Positions 40,386 through 48,577 of a stretch of DNA of 64,000 nucleotides are shown here, in pieces (position 1 is the stretch's first letter; every line of letters starts with the position of its first letter). Source of the stretch: an uncultured bacterium. Lineage in GTDB: Bacteria > Patescibacteriota > Minisyncoccia > CAIUEV01. Location: the NCBI GenBank assembly GCA_937952315.1, contig CALFZX010000016.1, positions 14,969-78,968 of the forward strand. Direction: 5' to 3'. Both the position numbers and the translations under genes were made by a program. The notes under the pieces were generated by a model, which did no database searches, was not told the origin of the DNA, and saw nothing but the letters and a program-made list of their open reading frames with translations.

Positions 40386-40679
40386 AGTATGATTGTTTGT
40401 TCCCTGGTCTCTAGCTTCGGAAGAACAACGTTCATCCTGAGCTAGCCCGCCTACCGGCAGGCAGGGATCAAACTCTCAATAAAAAATATAACAGTATAAA
40501 CACTGTGTGGATTGCAATCCTCGACCGAAGCCAAGAATTGCTAAAAAAAACGATTATCAAGGAAATAAATAGGTAACCGTAAAAAATCAAAAACTTAACC
40601 AGATTTTTAAGGAACTCTGAAATTTTTTCCAGTGCAACACCGAGCTAAGGTATCACACCTTATTCAAATTTGCAAATTA

Positions 40680-40708
40680 AAGTTAATGAGAGACTTTTAA
40701 ATTGTCAA
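40680..40708 (-). promoter_or_regulatory. candidate sigma70-type promoter for the rRNA transcript (TTGACA-17-TAACTT)
   Basis: The minus strand has TTGACA (plus 40703-40708), a 17-nt spacer and TAACTT (plus 40680-40685), ~290 nt upstream of the mature 16S 5' end. An AT-rich tract and the tandem repeat arrays lie just upstream. Confidence 0.3.
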
Positions 40709-40722
40709 ATATTTAAAATAGG

Positions 40723-40794
40723 GCACAAGGCACAAGGCACAAGGGACAAGGGACAAGGGACAAGGGACAAGGGACAAGGGACAAGGGACAAGGA
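40723..40794. repeat. tandem heptanucleotide array: (CACAAGG)x3 then (GACAAGG)x7
   Basis: Direct reading: ggcacaaggcacaaggcacaagggacaagggacaaggga... A perfect 7-nt periodicity over ~72 nt. Confidence 0.9.
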
Positions 40795-40813
40795 AACCGT
40801 TAGTAGCTTTTTT

Positions 40814-40906
40814 CTTGCAACTTGCTCCTTGCTACTTGTAACTTGCAACTTGCTACTAACTCCTTGCAACTTGCTCCTTGCAACTTGCTACTAACTCCTT
40901 GCTACT
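40814..40906. repeat. second heptanucleotide array (units AACTTGC/TCCTTGC/TACTAAC), approximately the inverted complement of the first array
   Basis: cttgcaacttgctccttgctacttgtaacttgcaacttgctactaactccttgcaacttgctccttgcaacttgctactaactccttgctac. The unit TCCTTGC is approximately the reverse complement of GCAAGGA, so arrays 1 and 2 can form a long imperfect hairpin allowing G-U pairs. Confidence 0.85.
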
Positions 40907-41041
40907 TTATGCATTCCAAGATCCAAGATCTACGAACCATTATCGGGCGGATCTCGACCCGCCCCTGTTTGCTCCTTGTGCCTGGCTTATTTTTTTGCTC
41001 TTTTATTTTTTTTATGATTTAAGTAATAAGTAAATTAAAAA

Positions 41042-41117
41042 GCCGAGATAGCTCAGTTGGTAGAGCATAGGACTGAAAATCCTTGTGTCCCCGGTTCGAG
41101 TCCGGGTCTCGGCACCA
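41042..41117 (+). tRNA. tRNA-Phe (GAA), CCA encoded
   Basis: GCCGAGATAGCTCAGTTGGTAGAGCATAGGACTGAAAATCCTTGTGTCCCCGGTTCGAGTCCGGGTCTCGGCACCA is a canonical cloverleaf with anticodon loop CTGAAAA. Confidence 0.9.
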
Positions 41118-41382
41118 AAAATATTGACATTTCCAAATTCTGGGCTAACTATAATTCTCGGTGCTTTAAATAAGGAGGATGCTCTTTAAAAAATTCGATT
41201 CGATATTCAACCTTTTTACTCAATACTAAAAAAGGCTTGTATTCGCTTTTGTTTGCCTATGATAGCTTTGTGATTTCCGTTTTGAAGAGCCAGCGGCTCT
41301 TGAAGCCAGAAAGTTGTTATAGTGTTTTACTTTGTCAAAGAAAATAAAAGTGGCTTAAACCAAGCTCTAAAAGAGGTGAGGA

Positions 41383-41814
41383 ATGAAATTAATGGCTCAA
41401 GAGGGTCCGAATTCATCGAGAGAACTCAATCTGAATATGGACGAAACCTGCTTTAGGGTTACCGTCAGGATTGAGTCGCCCGTCCGTTCAGAGGCGGTGG
41501 CTTTCTTACTTGAGAAGAAGCCGGCCAGTTACGCTGAGACCTGCTCTTACTCGCTGGATTTTATTGTCCAAGCGTTGCAAGAATTAGGCCGTTACCGAGA
41601 TTCTTTGGGCAGAAAAATGGCGGAAGTCGATTCTTCCATTCATTTTCTCAAAGGCGACAAGGAGGAAAATAACGAGGAAAAAATTATTTTCCTCAAAGCG
41701 GTTAAGAAAAAGATGGAGCAGTCCAGAAAGGAACTGGAGAAGTTGATAGACATGTATCGCTACGGTGAAGCCGAAGCGAGAAAAAAGCAAAAGTATTTTG
41801 GAGTAATTGAATAA
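41383..41814 (+). CDS. hypothetical protein (143 aa, coiled-coil-rich C-terminus); locally GC-richer than surroundings
   Basis: The ORF is followed by a hairpin plus T-run (41836..41868). The first half of the gene is ~50% GC against a ~38% background. Confidence 0.4.
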   Translation: MKLMAQEGPNSSRELNLNMDETCFRVTVRIESPVRSEAVAFLLEKKPASYAETCSYSLDFIVQALQELGRYRDSLGRKMAEVDSSIHFLKGDKEENNEEKIIFLKAVKKKMEQSRKELEKLIDMYRYGEAEARKKQKYFGVIE

Positions 41815-41907
41815 TCGAATTTGAATTTTAAAATTAAAACTCAGGCTTAAAGCTTGAGTTTTTTTTATATCTTCGCTAGAATGACCTGAATAAATTAAAT
41901 TAAAATT

Positions 41908-42552
41908 ATGTTACTCAATAATAGTGATGTTATAAACATTGTTTGGAGAGATAGATTGACGGTTGCTTTGGTTGTGATCTTCTGCGTTATTTTGGGCTTG
42001 ATGTTTGAGAATATGCGAACTCCCGGTTTTGGTACGGTCGGGGCTTTAACCATTTCGGCGGAGGGTAGCCAAAAAAGTAACGATTTTAACTATGATCATT
42101 ACTATTCCTTGGAAGCCATTGACAGCCTGACTGATTCTTTGGAAGAATGGTTAAAAAATCATTCCGTACTTAAAGACGCTCACTCTTTGGCTAAAACGGA
42201 TTTCAAATCGGCCGATTGGCGTTTTTGGGAAAAAAACAGTTGGAAGGTTCGAAAAAAAGCACCGCAACTGCTTGAAGTCTCCTTCCATACTAAAACGGAG
42301 AGCGAGGCGATACAAGTAGAAAAAACTTTAAAAAAACAAGTTGAAAGCTTTCTACGAAAATTTAATTTAACCGGTGAACCGCATTTCAGTTTGACAAATC
42401 CTTCTTTTGCAGTAGAATCGAAAGCTCCTCGTTACGCTTTTATTATTATTTTGAGTTCAATATGGGGAATAATCTTGGGCGGTCTGCTCGCCTTGGAAAG
42501 AGAAAACCTGAAGTTGAAGAGAGCCGATCTTCATCTAAAGAAAGAAAAATAG
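41908..42552 (+). CDS. hypothetical membrane protein (2 TM)
   Basis: 214-aa ORF with an N-terminal TM (LTVALVVIFCVILGLMF) and a C-terminal TM (YAFIIILSSIWGIILGGLLAL). Confidence 0.35.
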   Translation: MLLNNSDVINIVWRDRLTVALVVIFCVILGLMFENMRTPGFGTVGALTISAEGSQKSNDFNYDHYYSLEAIDSLTDSLEEWLKNHSVLKDAHSLAKTDFKSADWRFWEKNSWKVRKKAPQLLEVSFHTKTESEAIQVEKTLKKQVESFLRKFNLTGEPHFSLTNPSFAVESKAPRYAFIIILSSIWGIILGGLLALERENLKLKRADLHLKKEK

Positions 42553-42560
42553 TCTTTTCA

Positions 42561-43118
42561 TTGGTGGAGATTTTTGGTTGGCTTTTTATTTTTTCTTTGA
42601 CGGCCAGTTTTTTCTTCAACTCTTTGAGCGGAAGAAGTGAGCTGGTGAGTTTTTCTATTTTAATCTTTGAAGCTTTGCTTTTGGCCTTTGCGCTGGCTTC
42701 TGTTTATTTTGCCTTTAGGGACCGAGAGAGCAGTGTTTTAAAAAGAAAGCAAAGGAACAAAATGCAATCTTTGTTGTCTCTTCAACGAAAAATTTTGGAA
42801 AATCGTTTTGATTTAAAGAAAAAATTAGGAGATTTACCTCTTTCCGGTAGCGCAGAATCTCTCAATCTGGTTAAAAAAGGAGAGGAAAAAATAAATCCTC
42901 TATCAAAAAATAGAGAAAAAATTATAGAGATGGACCTGCCGAACAAAAAAGAGACGCAGGGAACAATTAATTTATCGGAGGTTAACTTGGCGCAAAAATT
43001 GGTTCAAGGTGAAGATATCTCCGCTTTCCCGCCCGAATGGAGAAATTTTTTTATTGAAAATGAGGAAAGAACAACGGTTGAAAAACTCAATCGTCTTTTT
43101 GACTGGACGAAAAATTAA
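42561..43118 (+). CDS. hypothetical membrane protein
   Basis: The ORF track reports 42462..43118, overlapping the upstream gene in another frame. A TTG/GTG start just after the upstream stop (LVEIFGWLFIFSLTASFFF...) is more plausible. Confidence 0.3.
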   Translation: MVEIFGWLFIFSLTASFFFNSLSGRSELVSFSILIFEALLLAFALASVYFAFRDRESSVLKRKQRNKMQSLLSLQRKILENRFDLKKKLGDLPLSGSAESLNLVKKGEEKINPLSKNREKIIEMDLPNKKETQGTINLSEVNLAQKLVQGEDISAFPPEWRNFFIENEERTTVEKLNRLFDWTKN

Positions 43119-43134
43119 AGAGCAGAAAAAAAGA

Positions 43135-43887
43135 ATGAAGCTATTGAAGTTCAAAAAAATTAAAAACCGACAATTACTTCAATCGATAAACCGTATTCCC
43201 GGCTGGTTGGAGATTAAAGAAGCCCTAATATTGTATAACTTGGCAAGAGCATTGTCCCGAGGAGCGGTTGCCGTTGAGATAGGCTCATACCAGGGTAAGT
43301 CAACCGTCTGGCTGGGCAAGGCTCTTAAAAAGGTTGATTTTGCTCGACTTTATTCGATTGATCACCATTGCGGTTCCCCGGAAAAAGGAGAATCTCCTCG
43401 AACCGTTAATACCTGGCAAAAATTTAATCAAAATCTTAGAAAATTTCATCTGACCGACTTAGTCGTTCCCATCCGAAAAAAATCTACTGATGCGGTTATT
43501 GATTTTAAATTTAATATAGATTTGCTTTTTATCGATGGGGACCATCGACCGAAAGCGGTGGCGAAAGATTGGCAAACCTGGAAAGGAAAATTAAAAAATG
43601 GAGCGTGGGTGATTTTTCATGATGCTACTGTTTTGCCCGGACCGTGGAAAGTAGCGAGAGACAACATTCTTTTTTCTTCTTCTTTCGATAAAGTTAAAAT
43701 GACGGGAAGTATGATTTACGGCCGACAATGTTTGGCTGGCGGTTACCTTGAAAAAGGATTGAGGAGATTGACGAATTATTTTAAGTATCTTTTTATAATC
43801 TCTTATGTTAAAATGAGAAGGATAATTTGGGTGAGAAACCTGAAAAGTTTAGTGCTAAATTTTTTTTATGACTGCAAAAAAAGATAA
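43135..43887 (+). CDS. class I SAM-dependent methyltransferase (TylF/MycF O-methyltransferase-like, Methyltransf_24-type)
   Basis: WLEIKEALILYNLARALSRGAVAVEIGSYQGKSTVWLGKAL...LLFIDGDHRPKAVAKDWQTW...GAWVIFHDA is a Rossmann-fold MTase glycine-rich motif followed by IDGDH. Confidence 0.55.
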   Translation: MKLLKFKKIKNRQLLQSINRIPGWLEIKEALILYNLARALSRGAVAVEIGSYQGKSTVWLGKALKKVDFARLYSIDHHCGSPEKGESPRTVNTWQKFNQNLRKFHLTDLVVPIRKKSTDAVIDFKFNIDLLFIDGDHRPKAVAKDWQTWKGKLKNGAWVIFHDATVLPGPWKVARDNILFSSSFDKVKMTGSMIYGRQCLAGGYLEKGLRRLTNYFKYLFIISYVKMRRIIWVRNLKSLVLNFFYDCKKR

Positions 43888-45187
43888 ACGGCTGATTATT
43901 TTGATGGTGAATTATGGTACGAAAGAGTACATGAAAGAGTTGATCAAGAATTTTCTTTTTTCCTTGCCAAAATTTGCGGAAATTCGGATTGATTGGATTT
44001 TGACTGACGCTACCGATGCTTTTGAAATTGACAGAGATGACTGGGAGAACGAAATGAGAGAAACCTTCAAAAATCAAAAAAATAATTATTTTTATTTTTT
44101 TCGAATTCCTAATCGGGGATTTGCCCATAATGTCAATCTTTCCTACCAATTGTTAAAGAGAAAGCTGGGGGATAATTTTTCCGTTGGAGAGGACGATTTG
44201 ATTTTGCTTTTGAATCCCGACACTTCTTTCTATTGGCAAAGCCTGGCTCGCGCGTTAAGATTCATGGAGGAAAATCGAGAGGCGACAGTGGCCGGTATGG
44301 CACTTTGCAGCCCCAAAGGGGCTCCGGAGAAATGGGGGCATAGTTTGACTTTTCCGTCTTTGAAATTGATCTGGGGGCGAAAGCGATTCTCCGAGCCCAG
44401 TGGGGCTTTGGAACCGACCGAAGTGTCGTGGGTTTCCGGCGGAGCTATGCTTATTCGTCTTTCCTGGTGGGAGAGGCTAAAAGGTCTGGATGAGGGTTTT
44501 TTTCTTTATTTTGAGGATGTTGATTTTTGCAGAAGAGTTAAAGTGGAGCGAGGAAAGGTTTTTTTCTTGCCTCAAGCGACCGTTAGTCATCGTCGCGGGG
44601 CGAGCGACATTAATATTTATAGAAGAAAACAGCATTTTTACGCTTCGGAAGCAAAATACTTTTACTTATGGCGTAACGGAACGGAATACTTGTTGCTCAG
44701 ACTGGTTCGCATTCCTTTCAAGATCTTTTATTTTTGCAAGGGCTATCTTGCGCCGTCTTTTTGGAAAAAAGAGTGGCAAAAATTTAGCTCTGAAGTCGCT
44801 TGTGAAAGGGAAAAAGGTTTTCCGAGAATTATTTGTTCTGTCAAAAGATTTGTCCAAACGCCGTGGATGCTGGCCGGTTGGATTGCAGTTCTTGTTTTGA
44901 ATTTATTGCTTTGGGGGGTAGCTTTTTGGGGAAGAAAAACTTTAGGATCTCCGATTATTCTCCACTATAATTCCTATTTGGGGGTTGATTTCTATGGAGA
45001 TAGCGATTATTTTTTGATTTTCCCCACTTTGGGATTATTGGTTTTTTTGTTTAATTTCGTTCTTTGTCTTGTTTTATTTTTTTCGAAAAAATATTCCGCG
45101 CTTTCGATAGTCGCCAGCGGAGCGTCTTTAGGTTTTCAAACGGCTATTCTGATCGCTTTAGTCAATTTAATTTTCGTTAATCGATAA
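43868..45187 (+). CDS. glycosyltransferase family 2 with C-terminal multi-TM domain
   Basis: GT-A core with the LLLNPDTSF and VSWVSGGAMLIRLSWWERLKGLDEGFFLYFEDVDFCRRV motifs (DxD-like ED-VD). Four predicted TM helices follow. Confidence 0.65.
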   Translation: MTAKKDKRLIILMVNYGTKEYMKELIKNFLFSLPKFAEIRIDWILTDATDAFEIDRDDWENEMRETFKNQKNNYFYFFRIPNRGFAHNVNLSYQLLKRKLGDNFSVGEDDLILLLNPDTSFYWQSLARALRFMEENREATVAGMALCSPKGAPEKWGHSLTFPSLKLIWGRKRFSEPSGALEPTEVSWVSGGAMLIRLSWWERLKGLDEGFFLYFEDVDFCRRVKVERGKVFFLPQATVSHRRGASDINIYRRKQHFYASEAKYFYLWRNGTEYLLLRLVRIPFKIFYFCKGYLAPSFWKKEWQKFSSEVACEREKGFPRIICSVKRFVQTPWMLAGWIAVLVLNLLLWGVAFWGRKTLGSPIILHYNSYLGVDFYGDSDYFLIFPTLGLLVFLFNFVLCLVLFFSKKYSALSIVASGASLGFQTAILIALVNLIFVNR

Positions 45188-45260
45188 ATTTATTGTTTGG
45201 GCTTTACTGAAATTTATTTCTGTTATAGTTTAAACGGTATTCAAGTTTAATTTTGTTTTT

Positions 45261-45398
45261 ATGCCTAAAAGAACTTATCAGCCTAAAAAGAAGAGACGAA
45301 AGAGAGAGCACGGTTTTTTGAAGAGAATGAGAACTCCCGGCGGTCGTAATGTGGTTGCAAAAAGAAGAAAAAAGGGCCGAGAGAAATTGAGTGCTTAA
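45261..45398 (+). CDS. rpmH: 50S ribosomal protein L34 (not in the supplied ORF track, 45 aa)
   Basis: Translation [45 protein letters not shown] matches the bL34 consensus (KRTYQP..K.R...HGF..RM.T..GR.V...RR.KGR..L). Confidence 0.9.
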   Translation: MPKRTYQPKKKRRKREHGFLKRMRTPGGRNVVAKRRKKGREKLSA

Positions 45399-45424
45399 TT
45401 TCAGCTTTTTTAAAAAGTCAGCTA

Positions 45425-45940
45425 AGAGCAAAGAGTCTTAGAGAAGAAGCCGGGCAATCGCCCCAGTTTTTAATAACGGGGAGGAAAGTCCGAACACCGT
45501 TAAAAATGATGGATAACAACCATCCGTTCCGTTGCGAGACGGCACGAGGGAAAGCGTCACAGAGACAAAACTAACCCTCTCGAGGGTCTAAGGTGAAAAG
45601 TGAGCGGATACGGGTAAAAAATGGTTGCAATTTTTTTTACTCACCGCTCTCTTCCTCTCGGCAACGATAGGAAGTGACAAGCCCCATTTGGTGCAAGGCC
45701 GTGCCCGGGGGGAGTTGAAAGTAGAAAGTTAAAAGTAGAAAAAAGTCGTTCATCACAGCAATTATTCTAAATAATCGTGAACGAAGCGAACTCCAAAACT
45801 TTAAACTTTTCACTTTGAACTTCCCTCGGGAGTGCCGCAAAGAATTCGGCGGTAACGCTCGAATCAAGATAAATGGTTGCCCCTTGATTTTCAAGGACAG
45901 AATTCGGCTTATAGGCTTCTTCTCTAAGACTCTTTGCTCT
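45425..45940 (+). ncRNA. rnpB: RNase P RNA (bacterial-type M1 RNA)
   Basis: P4 5' strand GGGGAGGAAAGTCCGAACACC at ~45472. P4 3' strand ACAGAATTCGGCTTA at ~45897, whose TTCGGCTT pairs with AAGTCCGAA. J11/12-like AAGGTGAAAAGTGAGCGG and GTGCAAGGCCGTGC (the CR-III GCAAGGCC motif). A perfect 27-bp terminal P1 helix closes the RNA: AGAGCAAAGAGTCTTAGAGAAGAAGCC (45425-45451) pairs with GGCTTCTTCTCTAAGACTCTTTGCTCT (45914-45940). Confidence 0.7.
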
Positions 45941-45956
45941 AGAATCCAAAAAATCA

Positions 45957-47750
45957 ATGGATAAAAATAACATTCGCAACTTCTGTATTATCGCCCATAT
46001 TGATCACGGCAAATCTACTTTGGCCGATCGGTTTATTGAAATCACGAAAACCGTTTCTTCGCTAAAAATGAAAGATCAATTATTGGATTCAATGGATATT
46101 GAAAGAGAGAGAGGAATCACAATAAAATTACAGCCGGTTAGGATGAAACATCGCTTTAAGGACGAAGACTATGTTCTTAATTTAATTGATACGCCCGGGC
46201 ATGTAGATTTCTCCTATGAGGTTTCTCGCAGTTTGGCGGCTGTTGAGGGCGCGCTTCTTCTGGTTGACGCAACTCAGGGCATTCAGGCACAAACTTTGGC
46301 TAATCTTTATTTGGCGCTGGAGCAGGGCCTAACGATTATTCCGGTGGTCAATAAAATCGATATGCCAAGCGCCAACCCGGAGGAGACAGAGAAGGAAATT
46401 CAACGAATCTTGGGCATGAATGAAAAAGTTCATTTTATTTCCGCTCGGACCGGTCAGGGCGTTCCCGAGTTACTTGACGAAATTGTTCGGCTGGTCAAGC
46501 CTCCGGTAATTGAGAAAAGCGATAATTTTAAGGCGCTGATTTTCGATTCGATTTTTGATTCTTATAAGGGAATAATTCTTTATATTCGAGCTTTTGAGGG
46601 AGAGTTAAAAACTAATCAAGATGTTCGTTTGCTTGGTAGCGACGCTAAAAGTGCAATTCAGGATATCGGTTTTTTTCTGCCGAATAGGGTTTCTACCGGG
46701 GCTATCAAAGCCGGAGAAATCGGCTATTTGGCCACCGGGCTAAAAGACATTCGCCTTTGTCGCGTTGGAGATACGGTTTCTCTGGAAAAATATGCGGAAG
46801 AAGCGGAAGCTTTACCCGGCTATCGTCCCAGCATCCCGATGGTTTACGCGGGAGTCTATCCGACCGATAGCGAAAAATACGAAGAATTAAGAGATGCTTT
46901 GAATCGTTTGAATTTGAATGATGCCGCTTTTTCTTTTGAGCCGGAAACGAGTAACGCTTTGGGAAGAGGTTTCAAAATAGGTTGTTTGGGCCTTCTACAC
47001 TTAGAAATTGTCAAAGAAAGAATCAAAAGAGAATTTTTATTGGATATAATTTTAACAACACCCAGCGTGCGCTATCGAGTGCGAAGAAAAAATTTTGATG
47101 AGTGGGAAGAAATCTCCAGTATCGTCAAAATGCCTGACCAAGCCTTTATTGAGGTGATAGAGGAGCCTTGGGTTTCGACGGAGGTAGTCACACCCAGAAA
47201 CTATTTGGGCCAGATTATTAAATTGATGGAAAATCACCGTGGAGTTTATAAATCAACCGAGTTTTTGCAAGCGGAAAGAGTAATACTTCGTTATGACTTG
47301 CCTTTGGCGGAAGTGATAATGAATTTTTATGACAAGCTTAAATCGGTTAGTGCCGGTTTTGCCTCTTTAAATTATGCTCCGATTGGCTATCGACAGGCGG
47401 ATTTGGTTAAGTTGGAAATTTTAGTAGCCGGTGAGAAAAAAGAATCTCTGAGTCGAGTGGTACCAAAGGATCGCGCTTACAATGAAGGATTAAAGATTTT
47501 GCGAATGCTCAAGAAAACTCTTCCCAAACAACAATTTACGGTTAGTCTGCAGGCGGCGATTGGCGGTAAGATCCTAGCGCGAGAGAATCTTCCGGCGATG
47601 AGAAAAGATGTAACGGCTAAGCTTTACGGAGGAGACAGAACCAGAAAAGATAAATTGCTTAATAAGCAAAAAAAGGGTAAAAAAAGAATGCAGGAGACCG
47701 GTCGAGTAAAAATTCCGGGCGAAGTTTATATGGAATTGCTCAAAAAATAG
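45957..47750 (+). CDS. lepA: elongation factor 4 (LepA)
   Basis: IRNFCIIAHIDHGKSTLADR, DTPGHVDF, NKID and the LepA-specific C-terminal domain. 597 aa. Confidence 0.95.
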   Translation: MDKNNIRNFCIIAHIDHGKSTLADRFIEITKTVSSLKMKDQLLDSMDIERERGITIKLQPVRMKHRFKDEDYVLNLIDTPGHVDFSYEVSRSLAAVEGALLLVDATQGIQAQTLANLYLALEQGLTIIPVVNKIDMPSANPEETEKEIQRILGMNEKVHFISARTGQGVPELLDEIVRLVKPPVIEKSDNFKALIFDSIFDSYKGIILYIRAFEGELKTNQDVRLLGSDAKSAIQDIGFFLPNRVSTGAIKAGEIGYLATGLKDIRLCRVGDTVSLEKYAEEAEALPGYRPSIPMVYAGVYPTDSEKYEELRDALNRLNLNDAAFSFEPETSNALGRGFKIGCLGLLHLEIVKERIKREFLLDIILTTPSVRYRVRRKNFDEWEEISSIVKMPDQAFIEVIEEPWVSTEVVTPRNYLGQIIKLMENHRGVYKSTEFLQAERVILRYDLPLAEVIMNFYDKLKSVSAGFASLNYAPIGYRQADLVKLEILVAGEKKESLSRVVPKDRAYNEGLKILRMLKKTLPKQQFTVSLQAAIGGKILARENLPAMRKDVTAKLYGGDRTRKDKLLNKQKKGKKRMQETGRVKIPGEVYMELLKK

Positions 47751-47798
47751 TTTTTTTGTCTTTTCAATTCAACGGATAATCCGCTTGATTCGCCTGAT

Positions 47799-47873
47799 GT
47801 CCCCATAGTTCAACGGATAGAACAAGGGACTCCTAAGCCCTAGATGGAAGTTCGATTCTTCCTGGGGACACCA
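47799..47873 (+). tRNA. tRNA-Arg (CCU), CCA encoded
   Basis: GTCCCCATAGTTCAACGGATAGAACAAGGGACTCCTAAGCCCTAGATGGAAGTTCGATTCTTCCTGGGGACACCA, with anticodon loop CTCCTAA. The anticodon stem sequence is shared with the tRNA-Met at 4726. Confidence 0.75.
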
Positions 47874-48122
47874 GACGAGTCAGACGGAGACGGATGAGAA
47901 ACAGGGAGTTTCTAAACTGTAGAGGAAGATTAGATTCCTTTCGGAAACACCTTTTGAAGTTCTTTAAAAAACAAGGAGGATGTTCAAAAATAGCTAAAAA
48001 TGATAAATTGGTGCTGTCAGCCATTTTTATCGGTTTTTTTCTGCTTTTATGATTTTTATCTTGAGACCGAAGCTTCAATATATTATAGGCAGCCAAGCCG
48101 TTCAATCGTTTGGAGGTGAATA

Positions 48123-48506
48123 ATGACTAGAAGAGAAAAAATCTTAGTCTGTGCACTGATTTTGTCGTTGGGGTTATCAATTTATCTTTTGTCCAGGCAA
48201 TCGACTTATGTTACGCCGATTAATTTTTCTAATCCTAGCCGACAATCATTAAAACAATATCGGATAGAATACAATTACCCCAGCGAAATTAGAGTGATAC
48301 TGTTGGGAGTTTTTCCGGACGAAGATTCGATTAAAAGAGTCGGAAGAGAGGCCGCCTTGGAGATAGCCAGAAAGGCATCAAAAGACGGTTATATGCAAGA
48401 ATATGTTTCTTACGAAGTGGCTACGGGAGTTTTTTCTCTTGGTGATGATGGCACCGAGAGAATTTTTCCGGATATTAAGATATATCATATCAGAAAAAAA
48501 AACTAA
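48123..48506 (+). CDS. small membrane-anchored protein, module copy 1 (paralog of 49691..50107)
   Basis: N-terminal signal-anchor ILVCALILSLGLSIYLL. C-terminal ~70-aa domain (AALEIARKASKDGYMQEYVSYEVATGVFSLGDDGTERIFPDIKIYHIRK) aligns with AAKEIAQKAGSQGYVQDGPVTYQMGDGIYVIHPDGSERLMNAVKIYRVK of the second copy. Confidence 0.45.
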   Translation: MTRREKILVCALILSLGLSIYLLSRQSTYVTPINFSNPSRQSLKQYRIEYNYPSEIRVILLGVFPDEDSIKRVGREAALEIARKASKDGYMQEYVSYEVATGVFSLGDDGTERIFPDIKIYHIRKKN

Positions 48507-48577
48507 TTTGTTATGCTAAACAAAAAAGCCGAGGATTTATGTCCCCGGCTTTTTAAAATGTTTTTCAGAGTGTTTAA

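Noticed and set aside
40670-41022. ORFs 40670..40894 and 40822..41022 with repetitive translations (GTRDKGQGTRDKGQ..., LLATCNLLLTPCNLLLATC)
   Set aside because: They are produced by the heptanucleotide tandem arrays in the rRNA upstream region. They have no RBS context and their periodicity is 7 nt, not 3.
45637-45979. Minus-strand ORFs 45637..45957 and 45767..45979
   Set aside because: They overlap the RNase P RNA (P4 motifs and the 27-bp terminal helix) and the lepA start. They are spurious.
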